Source: an uncultured Actinomycetota bacterium
Lineage (GTDB): Bacteria; Actinomycetota; Actinomycetes; Propionibacteriales; Nocardioidaceae
NCBI GenBank assembly: GCA_963812345.1
Contig: CAWEVA010000023.1
Span: 70,216-134,215, forward strand
Reading direction: 5' to 3'
DNA length: 64,000 nt
The position numbers and the translations under genes were made by a program. Within the stretch, counting starts at the first letter, position 1, and every line of letters starts with the position of its first letter. This document shows positions 30,643 to 44,157 of the stretch, piece after piece. Below the pieces are notes generated by a model. That model did not search any database and was not told the origin of the DNA. It was given only the letters and a program-made list of their open reading frames with translations.

Positions 30643-31839
30643 ATGGTGGCTTCCCCACACGGCGAGCAGGACGCCCATCCGCACGCCGGTGACCCCGTCT
30701 TCGACCTGCACGTCGGCGGCAAGATGGAGACCCGGTCCACGGTGGCGCTGACCGGGCGTGACGAGCTGTCGATGGCGTACACCCCGGGCGTGGCCCGGGT
30801 CTGCGAGTCGATCGCCGCCGACCCGTCCCTCACCCAGCACTACACGTGGGTCCCCAACACGGTGGCGATCGTCACCGACGGCACCGCGGTCCTCGGGCTC
30901 GGCGACATCGGCCCCGCCGCCGCGATGCCGGTGATGGAGGGCAAGGCCGTCCTGTTCAAGCAGTTCGGCGGCGTCGACGGCGTACCCATCTGCCTGGACA
31001 CGACCGACGTCGAGGAGATCATCGAGACGGTCGCGCGTCTCGCGCCGAGCTTCGGCGGCATCAACCTCGAGGACATCTCGGCGCCCCGCTGCTTCGAGAT
31101 CGAGGACCGGCTCAAGGAGCGGTTGTCGATCCCGGTCTTCCACGACGACCAGCACGGGACGGCCGTCGTCGCGCTGGCGGCGCTCAAGAACGCCCTCGCC
31201 CTGACCGGGCGCGACCCGGCCGCGACCCGGGTGGTGATCTCGGGCGCTGGAGCGGCCGGCGTCGCGGTGGCGCGGATCCTGCTCGAGGCCGGCGTCCGGG
31301 ATCTCGCGGTCCTCGACCGCCAGGGGGTCCTGAACTCCGAGCGCTCCGACCTCACACCGGTGAAGCTGGCGCTGGCCCAGGACACCGCCGACCACTTCGG
31401 CCGCACCGGCAAGCTGGCCGACGTCATGGACGGGGCCGACGTCTACATCGGGGTCTCAGGCGGCACGGTTCCCGAGGAGGTCGTCGCGCTGATGGCCGAC
31501 GAGGCCGTGATCTTCGGCCTGGCCAACCCGAACCCGGAGGTGCATCCCGAGCTCGCGCACCGCTATGCCCGGGTGGTCGCCACCGGACGCTCGGACTTCC
31601 CCAACCAGATCAACAACGTGCTGGCCTTCCCGGGGATCTTCCGCGGCGCCTTCGACGTGCACGCCACCGCGATCACCGAGGGCATGAAGCTCGCCGCCGC
31701 CGATGCCCTGGCCGACCTCGTGGGCGCGGAGCTGGCCGAGGACCACATCGTCCCCTCGCCGTTCGACCCCCGTGTCGGTCCGGCCGTCTCGGCCGCCGTC
31801 GCCGACGCCGCCCGCCGCGACGGGGTCGCCCGCCGCTGA
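30643..31839 (+). CDS. NAD(P)-dependent malic enzyme
   Basis: AYTPGVA, DGTAVLGLGDIG, FHDDQHGTA, GAGAAG and GRSDFPNQINN motifs. Confidence 0.93.
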   Translation: MVASPHGEQDAHPHAGDPVFDLHVGGKMETRSTVALTGRDELSMAYTPGVARVCESIAADPSLTQHYTWVPNTVAIVTDGTAVLGLGDIGPAAAMPVMEGKAVLFKQFGGVDGVPICLDTTDVEEIIETVARLAPSFGGINLEDISAPRCFEIEDRLKERLSIPVFHDDQHGTAVVALAALKNALALTGRDPAATRVVISGAGAAGVAVARILLEAGVRDLAVLDRQGVLNSERSDLTPVKLALAQDTADHFGRTGKLADVMDGADVYIGVSGGTVPEEVVALMADEAVIFGLANPNPEVHPELAHRYARVVATGRSDFPNQINNVLAFPGIFRGAFDVHATAITEGMKLAAADALADLVGAELAEDHIVPSPFDPRVGPAVSAAVADAARRDGVARR

Positions 31840-31842
31840 GTG

Positions 31843-32018
31843 CCGAGTCGGCGCGTCTGCAATTCTCAGGGCGGCCGACTCGGCGCGTCTGCACGGCTGA
31901 GGAGTACCGAGTCGGCGCGTTTGCACCGGCAAGACGTGCAAATGCGCCGACTCGAGCGTCTGTGGGGCGGCGGATGCGCCGACTCGATGATCTGTGGGCC
32001 GGCGAATGCGCCGACTCG
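31843..32018. repeat. Array of three direct plus three inverted copies of CGASTCGGCGCRTYTGC, each arm at 32-bp period
   Basis: Forward copies start at 31843, 31875 and 31907; inverted copies end at 31954, 31986 and 32018. Confidence 0.9.
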
Positions 32019-32056
32019 CGGAAGGGGGCGGAGAGGCAGTCGGTAGGTTCGGGGCC

Positions 32057-33031
32057 ATGTTCGCCGTCTACGCCGACTCGTTCTCGCCCCAAGACCCGCT
32101 GTCCGGCCTGGTGGTCGGCGAGCGGCCCGACCCGGTCGCTCCCGACGGGTGGGCCACGATCACGGTCCAGGCCGCCTCGCTCAACCACCACGACCTCTGG
32201 TCGCTGCGCGGGGTGGGCCTCAAGGAGGAGTCGCTGCCGATGACCCTGGGCTGCGACGCCGCGGGGTACGACGAGGACGGCAACGAGGTCGTCGTCCACG
32301 CGGTGGTCAGCGACCCGAGCTGGGCCGGCGACGAGACGCTCGACCCGAAGCGGTCGCTGCTCTCCGAGCGGCACCAGGGCACGTTCGCGGAGCGGGTCGT
32401 CGTACCCCGCCGGAACGTGGTGCCGAAACCGGCGTCCCTCTCCTTCGAGGAGGCGGCCTGCCTGCCCACCGCGTGGCTCACGGCCTACCGGATGCTGTTC
32501 ACCCAGGGCGGGCTCAAGGCGGGCGACACCGTGCTGGTGCAGGGCGCCGGCGGGGGAGTGGCGACGGCGCTGATCATCCTGGCCCGGGCCGGCGGCCTGC
32601 GGGTGTTCGCGACCTCCCGCGACGAGACCAAGCGGGCCCGGGCGCTCGAGATCGGGGCCCACGAGGCGCTCGAGTCCGGCGCCCGGCTGCCGACGAAGGT
32701 CGACGCCGTGATGGAGACCGTCGGCCGCGCCACCTGGTCGCACTCGATCCGGGCCCTGCGTCCCGGCGGCTCGATCGTGGTCAGCGGCACCACGTCGGGC
32801 CCGAAGGTCGACGACGCCGAGCTCACCCGGATCTTCTTCCTCCAGCTGCGCGTGATCGGCTCCACGATGGGCACCCGCGACGAGCTCGCCTCGCTCGTCA
32901 CCCTGCTCGACGCCACCGGCACCCGACCACTGATCGACCGCACCCTCAACCTGTCCAAGGCCCCGGAGGGATTCGCGGCGATGGCCGAGGGTGACGTCTT
33001 CGGCAAGATCGTCTTCTCGCGGGACGCCTGA
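32057..33031 (+). CDS. Zinc-binding dehydrogenase / quinone oxidoreductase family
   Basis: ASLNHHDLW, LGCDAAG, AWLTAYRML, QGAGGGVA and FGKIV motifs. Confidence 0.88.
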   Translation: MFAVYADSFSPQDPLSGLVVGERPDPVAPDGWATITVQAASLNHHDLWSLRGVGLKEESLPMTLGCDAAGYDEDGNEVVVHAVVSDPSWAGDETLDPKRSLLSERHQGTFAERVVVPRRNVVPKPASLSFEEAACLPTAWLTAYRMLFTQGGLKAGDTVLVQGAGGGVATALIILARAGGLRVFATSRDETKRARALEIGAHEALESGARLPTKVDAVMETVGRATWSHSIRALRPGGSIVVSGTTSGPKVDDAELTRIFFLQLRVIGSTMGTRDELASLVTLLDATGTRPLIDRTLNLSKAPEGFAAMAEGDVFGKIVFSRDA

Positions 33032-33720
33032 TGCCCACCCACCTGCTCACCGGTGCCGGCTCCGGGATCGGGGCGGCCGTCGGACGACGGCTGCACGACC
33101 GCGGCGACCAGCTGGTGCTGCTGGCGCGCTCGGACGAGCGCGCGGCCGGGCTCGCGCGTGACTACCCGGGCGCGGCCACGCTGGTCGCGGACCTGTCCGA
33201 CCCGGACGGTCTCGAGCGCCTGCTGGCCGAGGCCGACCTGCCCGACACGCTCGACTCGGTGCTGCACGTCGCCGGGGCGGTCGAGCTGTCGCCGGTGGCT
33301 GACCTGCCGGTCGGCGAGCTGCGCGAGCAGCTCGACGTCAACCTGGTCGCGCCGACGGTCCTGACCCGGGCCTGCCTGCCCGCGCTGCGCCGGGCGAAGG
33401 GCACGGTGCTCTTCGTGAACTCCACCTCCGGCCTGCGGGCCAACCCCACGTGGGCGGCGTACGCCGCCTCGAAGTTCGGGCTGCGGGGGCTGGCCGACGC
33501 GCTGCGGGCGGAGGAGGCCGAGCACGGCGTGCGCGTCACCAGCGTCTTCCCGAGCCGCACCGCGACCCCGATGCAGGAGAAGGTCCACGCCCAGGAGGGC
33601 AAGGACTACGACCCGTCGGAGTGGATCACGCCGGACACCGTGGCCGACGCGATCCTGCACGTCCTCGACCTGCCCCCGGAGGCGACCATCCCCGAGCTCG
33701 TCGTCCGGGTGGCGACGTAG
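33031..33720 (+). CDS. SDR family oxidoreductase
   Basis: TGAGSGIG and YAASK motifs. Confidence 0.9.
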   Translation: MPTHLLTGAGSGIGAAVGRRLHDRGDQLVLLARSDERAAGLARDYPGAATLVADLSDPDGLERLLAEADLPDTLDSVLHVAGAVELSPVADLPVGELREQLDVNLVAPTVLTRACLPALRRAKGTVLFVNSTSGLRANPTWAAYAASKFGLRGLADALRAEEAEHGVRVTSVFPSRTATPMQEKVHAQEGKDYDPSEWITPDTVADAILHVLDLPPEATIPELVVRVAT

Positions 33721-33727
33721 CCGAGCC

Positions 33728-34366
33728 TCAGGGCAGCTGCGAGCGCCAGTTGAGGGCACCGATCAGGACCATGCGCAGCTGGGTCCGCGCCCGTTCCACG
33801 ACCTCCTGCTCGGCCTCTGGGCCGGACACGATGATGACCTCGGCGGTCGCGACCACGGAGTTGACGATCAGGTTCGACAGGATCTGGAGGTCCTCGGATG
33901 ACCAGCGCTCCGTGCCAGGGAGCCGGGACAGGTCGAGGGCGAGCTCGCGCTCGAACAGCTCGATCGCGTGCGCGATCGCCTCCCGGACAACGAGCGGCCC
34001 GGCGGCCCGCTCCCGCGCGATGAACCGGAAGTGCTCCCGCTGCGCGTGCACGTGCTCGACCAGCACCCGCAGCGAGCCGTCGATGATGTCGTCGAGCGCC
34101 GGGCCGTTGCGGCGTACGTCGCGCAGCATCGCGCGCAGCGAGACGAAGGACTCGTCGACCAGGGCGAGCCCGAGCGCGTCGATCGACTCGAAGTGCCGGT
34201 AGAACGCGGTCGGGACGATCCCGACCTCCTTGGCGACGGCGCGCAGGGAGAGGGCGGCCAGCGTGCCCTCGCTGGAGAGGCCCAGCGCCGCGTCCAGGAT
34301 CGCCCGCCGAGTGCGCTCCTTGCGCTCCCCACGGGTCTCCCGGGGCTCGGTGGCCTGCGTGTTCAT
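33728..34366 (-). CDS. TetR family regulator (FabR-like)
   Basis: RKERTRRAIL...LRAVAKEVGIVPTAFYRHF HTH. Confidence 0.9.
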   Translation of the reverse strand: MNTQATEPRETRGERKERTRRAILDAALGLSSEGTLAALSLRAVAKEVGIVPTAFYRHFESIDALGLALVDESFVSLRAMLRDVRRNGPALDDIIDGSLRVLVEHVHAQREHFRFIARERAAGPLVVREAIAHAIELFERELALDLSRLPGTERWSSEDLQILSNLIVNSVVATAEVIIVSGPEAEQEVVERARTQLRMVLIGALNWRSQLP

Positions 34367-34417
34367 GCACAGGAGCCTAGGCGTTCGGCGCTGACAAGGG
34401 CACCTAGGATGACCGCC

Positions 34418-34621
34418 ATGAACGATCACCTGAGCAGCAGTGAGATCCGCAAGGACGCCGTACAGAGCGCCGTGGAGGCCGCGGCGACCACCGTCGGCCA
34501 GGTGACCTCGATCATCACCCACGCGGTCAAGGACGTCGCCGGGGCGATGGGTGGCTTCGCCACCGAGGTCTTCGAGATCCGCGACTCCGCCCGCAGGGCC
34601 CGGGAGCAGAACCTCCCCTAG
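34418..34621 (+). CDS. Small hypothetical protein (67 aa)
   Basis: TAGGAT -10 box 7 nt before the ATG, high GC3, amphipathic helix; divergent from the TetR gene. Confidence 0.65.
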   Translation: MNDHLSSSEIRKDAVQSAVEAAATTVGQVTSIITHAVKDVAGAMGGFATEVFEIRDSARRAREQNLP

Positions 34622-35208
34622 CCGAAGCTCATCTCGAAGTCGGACATCCGGAACGACGCCAGCGGCCGGCGGTCGGCCAGCCAGCCGAGCGGTCCGTCCC
34701 CGGCGAAGTCCCACCGCCCACGGCAGGGGAGGGTCCGCGCGGACCCGTGCAGGGTCGCCGTCTTCGGCTCGCCGTCGCCCTCGAGCGGAGGCTGCCAGGT
34801 CCCTCCCCGGAACGGCAGCCGCGGTGCGAAGCGCGAGGCGTCGCTGAACTGCGCCCGGGCGACTGGCGTACCGGTGATCGAGGCCGACCAGTCGGCGCGC
34901 GCGAGTGGCCCGCTGCGACCGACGTCGTGCGTGAACTCGCACAGGCCCTTGGGGATGGCCCAGAGCTCGCGGCCGCCCTCCACGGACTCGGGGGAGTCGA
35001 CCCAGATGTCGGTGATCTCGACCGCACGATCGGGGCCGGACGCCGGTCGGGCCACGAGCAGCTCGGAGTAGGTCAGCTCGCTGCCGGGCTCGTAGCTGAC
35101 GAACGCGGCGCCGTACACGCCGTCGCGGCGGCCCTCGACGCCGCGGACCCGGAAGAGTGACAGCCAGAGCTGGCCCTGCATCTGCCAGGGAGGTGCGGGA
35201 TAACCCAT
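34618..35208 (-). CDS. Acetoacetate decarboxylase family protein
   Basis: YPAPPW, LTYSEL and IWVDSPESVEGGRELWAIPK motifs. Confidence 0.85.
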   Translation of the reverse strand: MGYPAPPWQMQGQLWLSLFRVRGVEGRRDGVYGAAFVSYEPGSELTYSELLVARPASGPDRAVEITDIWVDSPESVEGGRELWAIPKGLCEFTHDVGRSGPLARADWSASITGTPVARAQFSDASRFAPRLPFRGGTWQPPLEGDGEPKTATLHGSARTLPCRGRWDFAGDGPLGWLADRRPLASFRMSDFEMSFG

Positions 35209-35209
35209 G

Positions 35210-35385
35210 TCAGTCCTCGGGGTCGTCGAGCCGGGCCAGCCAGGTCGCGAGGCGCTCGACCGGGGTCTCGAACTCGGGGTGGGTGTCGGTGAACTCCTGC
35301 AGCCGCTCCGCCAGCCAGGCGAGGGTGACCTCCTCGTCGCCCCGGCGCCGCTCCAGCTCCTCGATGCCGCGGTCGGTGAAATACA

Positions 35386-35386
<1 letters not shown>
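35210..35386 (-). CDS. Small conserved protein, DUF6104-like (58 aa)
   Basis: MYFTDRGIEEL...PVERLATWLARLD; TGATG overlap with the kgd stop. Confidence 0.8.
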
Positions 35387-39211
<3,825 letters not shown>

Positions 39212-39348
39212 GGCTAGGTTCGCCTCTTCCCTTTCGCACGAGTGGACTCCGGCCTCAAGGCTAGTCCCACACGCTTGCAAATGCGCGGCGGAGGGGCAGC
39301 CTTCGGGCATGGTGTACCCCGATCGACCAAACGTAAGGATCTGCGGTC

Positions 39349-39951
39349 ATGAAATTGGCCAGCCGGCCGGCCCTCGCGGCGGCCTCGATGCTGTTGTGCC
39401 TGTCGCTGGGCGCCACCGCCTGCAGCGACGAGTCAGGCGGCGGTGAAGACACCAGCTCGCAGCCGCCCCTGCCCAGCGGCGAGCCGTCAAAGTTCCAGAT
39501 CGAGACCACGACCACCATCGGGCAGGTCGTCGGCCGGCTGCCCAAGCAGAACCGGAAGCGGCTGTCGGCCGCCGTCACCCCGGTGGTGCAGCGCTGGTTC
39601 AACGCGGCGTACGTCGGCGGCGACTACCCACGGAACAACTTCCGGGACGCGTTCCCGGGCTTCACCGCGGGAGCCCGCGCGGCGGCGCGCCGCGACCTCG
39701 AGCTGATGAGCAACGACGGCATCGGCGACCGGATCAGCGGAGTCACGCCGAAGACCAGCCAGATCTGGCTCGACGTGCTCGCCGTCCGCAGGCACGCCGC
39801 CGCCGTGACCGCCCGGTTCCACCTGGGGTTCAAGACCCAGGGTGACCTCGAGCGCCGGATCGGCGTCCACGGCCGGGTCCTGCTCACCCGCGCGAAGACG
39901 GGGTGGCGGATCTTCGCCTACCACGTCGCGAAGAACGGAGTGAACGCATGA
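39349..39951 (+). CDS. Hypothetical lipoprotein
   Basis: Signal peptide with ATAC lipobox; ATGA overlap with the LCP gene. Confidence 0.7.
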   Translation: MKLASRPALAAASMLLCLSLGATACSDESGGGEDTSSQPPLPSGEPSKFQIETTTTIGQVVGRLPKQNRKRLSAAVTPVVQRWFNAAYVGGDYPRNNFRDAFPGFTAGARAAARRDLELMSNDGIGDRISGVTPKTSQIWLDVLAVRRHAAAVTARFHLGFKTQGDLERRIGVHGRVLLTRAKTGWRIFAYHVAKNGVNA

Positions 39952-40855
39952 AACTCTTCCGACGCCTGCTGCGCCCCGTCGTACTCACCGCTGGTGCTGG
40001 CGACCGCGGCCTTCATCGTCCCGAACTCCTCGGTGCAGCCCGACCGACGCCGCGCTGGTCAAGATCCACGCCGCCGAGGGCGTCGACGCCGGCCCCAACA
40101 TGATCTGGATCCTGGCCGTGGGCTCGGACGCCCGGCCGGGCCAGTCGATGACCAGGAGCCGCGGTGACGCGTTGCAGCTGGTCGGGCTGAACACCAAGAC
40201 CGGTGCCGCGGCCGCGATCGGGATCCCGCGGGACTCCTGGGTGAGCGTCCCCGGCCACGGCCGGAACCGCGTCAACTCCGCCCTCTACTTCGGCGGGCCC
40301 GAGCTCCTCGGCCGCACCGTCGGCAACCTGGTCGGCGTGCAGCCCGACTACGTGTTCGTCACGCGGTTCCCGTTCTTCGAGGACATGATCAGGGACATCG
40401 GCGGCATCACCGTCAACAACCCGCGCGCGTTCAGCGACCCCGACCTGAAGCCCAGCGGGTTCAAGCAGGGCCGCATCCACCTCGGCGGGTACGAAGCGAT
40501 GGCGTTCTCGCGGATCCGCAAGAGCCTCGCCGGCGGCGACTTCGCCCGGTCGGCCAACCAGCAGCGGACGATGCGCGGGATCTACGCGAGGATCCGGGCC
40601 CAGGCCGACAAGCCGGGGTTCATCGAGCGCGGGATCATGACGGTCATGAAGCACACGCAGACCAACCTGCCGCCCGGGGAGCTCTTCAAGCTCGCCCAGA
40701 TCGTGGCCCAGGTCGACCCGTCGAAGATCAGCACCTGCGTGGTGCAGGGAGCGGTCGGCAACGTGGGGAGTGCGAGCGTGGTGTTCCCGTTCGTCAGCCA
40801 GGCCCGCCGGTACGGCCACGACGCCCGCAGGGACGCAACCATCAAGGGCTGCTAG
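39948..40855 (+). CDS. LCP (LytR-CpsA-Psr) family protein (frameshifted near the 5' end)
   Basis: ILAVGSDAR, RGDA, IPRDSWV, FSRIRK and DFARSANQQ motifs. Confidence 0.88.
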
Positions 40856-40863
40856 CCGACCGA

Positions 40864-40941
40864 CCGGTGGTTGAGCAGCGAGGCGCCACGGCGCGAGCGT
40901 CGTCGAAACCCCGGAACTGTGGGCAGGGCAGTGCGTGGCGA
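40864..40941. repeat. REP-like element with tail (copy A)
   Basis: GGTTGAGCAGCGAG...GCGAGCGTCGTCGAAACC plus GAACTGTGGGCAGGGCAG. Confidence 0.78.
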
Positions 40942-41073
40942 CCGCATCTCTGACCGGTTGTGAATTCCAGGGGTAAACCCAGGGTGATCTGGGTATAGAC
41001 CTAGTCACTTGCCCCGATGTGCGGGCATCGCTGTCAGCAGACACTGGGCTCAGTCGGCTGGAGAACGAAAGGC

Positions 41074-41185
41074 ATGACGATGATCGACTGGGACTCGGAC
41101 AACCTGGGGCAATGGCGTGCACTTCGCGTCCGACGGCTCTTGGGTCACCGACAAGCATGGCGACGATGACGCTGGGCAGGACTGA
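41074..41185 (+). CDS. Candidate small acidic peptide (36 aa if one G of the GGGG run at 41106 is an error; 31 aa as read)
   Basis: GAAAGG RBS; corrected frame MTMIDWDSDNLGNGVHFASDGSWVTDKHGDDDAGQD has genome-like codon usage. Confidence 0.35.
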
Positions 41186-41187
41186 AG

Positions 41188-41745
41188 TCAGCCCCGTGCG
41201 ATCCACGGCGTGAAGCTGCGCCGCTTGCCGACCCAGTCCACGAGCCCGTCGCTCGTCCCGTCGGTGCGAGTGCCCGAGACGCGCACGGAGACGCGTACGG
41301 CGCCCGGGTTGCCCAGGGCGGCCCGCGACATCCGGACCTGGACCCGGTCCTTGGCGTAGCGGACCCGCATGATGTAGTCGCCGTTCTCGATCGGGTTGCC
41401 CCACTTTCCGGCGCCGAAGCCCTCGGTCTTGAGGAGCTGGTAGTCGGTGCCCGCGGTGAAGCCGGCGACGAAGACGTACTCCGGGCCGGCGTCGTTCCGG
41501 TCGGTGTCGACGTAGATCCTGCCGCTGGAGCCGGTGGCGAGGTCGCGGCGCAGGTTGGAGTGGTACGTCGTGACGTTGAGGTTCTCCGTCCCGTTGCGGA
41601 TCTGGAGGGCCAGGACGTCGGACCCGTGGAAGGTGTCCTGCGGGTCGTCGATCCCGTACAGCTCGGCGTGCGCCGGGCCGGCGAGGCCGAGGGCGGTGAG
41701 GGCGGCGGTCGACAGGGCGACGGCGGCGGCGGTGGTCTTGCGCAT
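41188..41745 (-). CDS. Secreted hypothetical protein
   Basis: MRKTT...AHA signal peptide; DDPQD and YVDTDRNDAGPEY motifs in a beta-rich domain. Confidence 0.75.
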   Translation of the reverse strand: MRKTTAAAVALSTAALTALGLAGPAHAELYGIDDPQDTFHGSDVLALQIRNGTENLNVTTYHSNLRRDLATGSSGRIYVDTDRNDAGPEYVFVAGFTAGTDYQLLKTEGFGAGKWGNPIENGDYIMRVRYAKDRVQVRMSRAALGNPGAVRVSVRVSGTRTDGTSDGLVDWVGKRRSFTPWIARG

Positions 41746-41817
41746 GGTGGTGGCTCGTTTCAGGTACGTGGGTGTGGTTGCCGGAGAAGACGCACCGTGG
41801 CTCGAGAAGGTTGGAAT

Positions 41818-41930
41818 CCGGTGGTTGAGCAGCGAGGTTTCGAGACGGGCGCTGCGCGCCCTCCTCAACCCACATCTCCGCGAGCGTCGTCGAAACCCCA
41901 GAACCGTGGGCAGGGCGGTGCGTTGGGCGA
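41818..41930. repeat. REP-like element (copy B) with a second REP nested in its loop
   Basis: Outer GGTTGAGCAGCGA...GCGAGCGTCGTCGAAACC; inner GGTTTCGAGAC...CCTCAACC at 41836-41870. Confidence 0.78.
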
Positions 41931-41940
41931 AGTCGCGGCG

Positions 41941-42202
41941 TCAGTCGAGACCGCGGTGAGCGGCCCACATGGCCGCCGGCGCGACTGGCAGCCGCGTCGA
42001 CGAGGTGCGACAGTTCAGGCCGGTCTGGCACGGGGAACGAGACATAGTTGCCGCGGCCGCCGCCGGTCGGTCGGCCGTAGGCCTTCACGCCGAGACGTCC
42101 GTCCTTCAGCAGCCGGACGTTCAGTGTGGTCAGCGTGTATACCTCGCCCCGTCGAGTGTCCGTCCAGCGGAGCTCTTCCGGGATACTGACGTTGATGGCC
42201 AA
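41941..42202 (-). CDS. Small hypothetical protein (frameshift near the 3' end)
   Basis: TTG start; IPEELRWTDTRRGEVYTLTTLNVRLL...; ends AMWAAHRGLD* after removing one base. Confidence 0.55.
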
Positions 42203-42349
42203 GGGCGCTCACGTCCGGCTCGACGGCGCTGCTCATTGACGCATCGTGCCACGCGATTACGACGCCTGCACCTTGGCTGAGGGGTGAGTGAGCCGCGCCG
42301 GACTCGACTGCAAGGCTCACTCGCGGTGCTGGGTGGCGGGCCAGGGATC

Positions 42350-44054
42350 CTAGTGGAGGCGCCACGCGGCAGGGAGCGACAGCACGCCGTACGGCGCGAT
42401 CCCGGAGGTCGCGAGCAGCCGCTCGAACACCGGCATCGCTCCGTCCTCCAGGAGGCCGCTGACACCCGAGGGCGGCGGCCGCGGCCGGCGACTCGCTGTT
42501 GTCCGCCGGAAGGAACCGCTGGAACAGCTTCGGCTTCGGCATCACCCGGAGCTCGACGTCTTCGCGGGCAATTCCGGAACGGGTGGCGGCCACCTCGACC
42601 GCCCGCTCGAGGCCGCCGAGCTCGTCGACGAGGCCTCGCTGCACCGCGTCGGCACCGGTCCAGACCCGGCCGCGGGCGACCGCGCGCAGGTCCTCGAGCG
42701 GCATCCCCCGGTCCTGTGCGGCCTTGCCGGTGAAGTCGTCGTAGACCCGGTCGAGCCAGCCCTCCAGGCGCGCCCACTCCTCCTCGTCGAAGGGCCGGTC
42801 AGTGGAGAACATGTCGGCGTATCGGCCCGCGGAGACGGTCTCCCGGTGGATGCCGATCCGCTCCAGGGTCTCCCGGATGACCTGTTTCCCGGCCAGCACA
42901 CCGATCGATCCGGTGATGGTGCCGGCGCTCGCCAGGACCAGGTCGGCGGCCATCGCGATGAAGTAGCCACCGGAGGCGGCCACGTTCGCCATGGACGCGA
43001 TCACCGGCTTGCCGGTTCTCCGGACCGCGATCACCTCGCGACGGATGGTGTCCGAGGCGACGTATGAGCCGCCTGGGCTGTCGATGCGCAGGACGATCGC
43101 CTGCACCGAATCGTCCGACCCCGCCGACCGGATCGCGGCGGCGATGCTGTCGGAGCCGATCGATCTGGGCGACAGCGGTGTCGATCTGCTGCGGCCCAGG
43201 TGGATGGGCCCGGCGGCGTGGACCAGGGCGACGACCGGTTTGCCGCGCCTGGCCACCGCGGCCCCGGCCTGGGACAGGGCACCCTTGCCGTAGCGCTCGA
43301 CGTACTTGAGCTCCACCTCACCGAGTCGGCCGCGCACGTCGTCGTACACCTCGTCGCGGTAGCCCAGCCGGTCCACCAGACGCCGGTCAAGCGCCTCCTC
43401 CGGCGACACGGGGGCGACCTCGACGGCCGAGCGGACCTGTTCCTCCGAGAGCCCGCGTCCCGCTGCGACGTCTCGCACGAGGGTCTCGGTGGCGGACTCG
43501 ACGAGGCGGGTGACCATCTCCCGGTTGGCCTCGGTCATCGACGACCGGAGGAAGGTGTCGGCGGCCGTCTTGTATTCGTGCCGCTGCCCGATCTGGGTCT
43601 GGACGCCGAGCTTGTCGAAGGCGTCGCGGAGGAAGAACGACTCAGCGGTGAAGCCGACCAGACCCACATCGCCGCTGGGCTGGACCCAGATCTCGTCGAA
43701 CGAGGTGGCCAGGTGGTAGCCGATGTTGCCCGGCATCAGCTCACCGAAGGTCTCCGCCCAGCACACCGCGGGCTTCCCGGCCGCGCGGAAGTCCGCCACC
43801 GCAGCACGAAGTTCGCCGGACTGGGCAAGGGTCGGCTGTTTCGCGCCGAGGTGGGCCACCAGACCGACGACGTGGTCGTCCCGGGCGGCCTGCCGCAACG
43901 CTTCCACGACGCCTCGGAGACTCGGCACGTGCATGGCTCGCAACGCCTCGATCGGCGAGGCCGGCGGGGCCTCTTGCAGGCCACGGGACAGGTCCAGCTC
44001 GAGAAGCACCCGGGACGCGGGACGTCGCACCGAGGTGGGGAACGCAGGCCTCAT
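42350..44054 (-). CDS. sppA: Signal peptide peptidase SppA, long form (3' end frameshifted)
   Basis: LRIDSPGGS, SMANVAASGGY, TITGSIGV and GRVWTG motifs. Confidence 0.92.
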
Positions 44055-44157
44055 CCCGGAAGCCTATTGCCGGTCCACCGGAGCCGTCATCTGAGCCAGT
44101 CCCTCGCGCGCCAACCCCAAGGTTCGGCCACGAGGTGGAGACCGCCGACGCATCGGG

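Noticed and set aside
31843-32018. CRISPR mini-array
   Set aside because: Spacers are only about 13 nt, half of the repeats are inverted, and no cas genes are present
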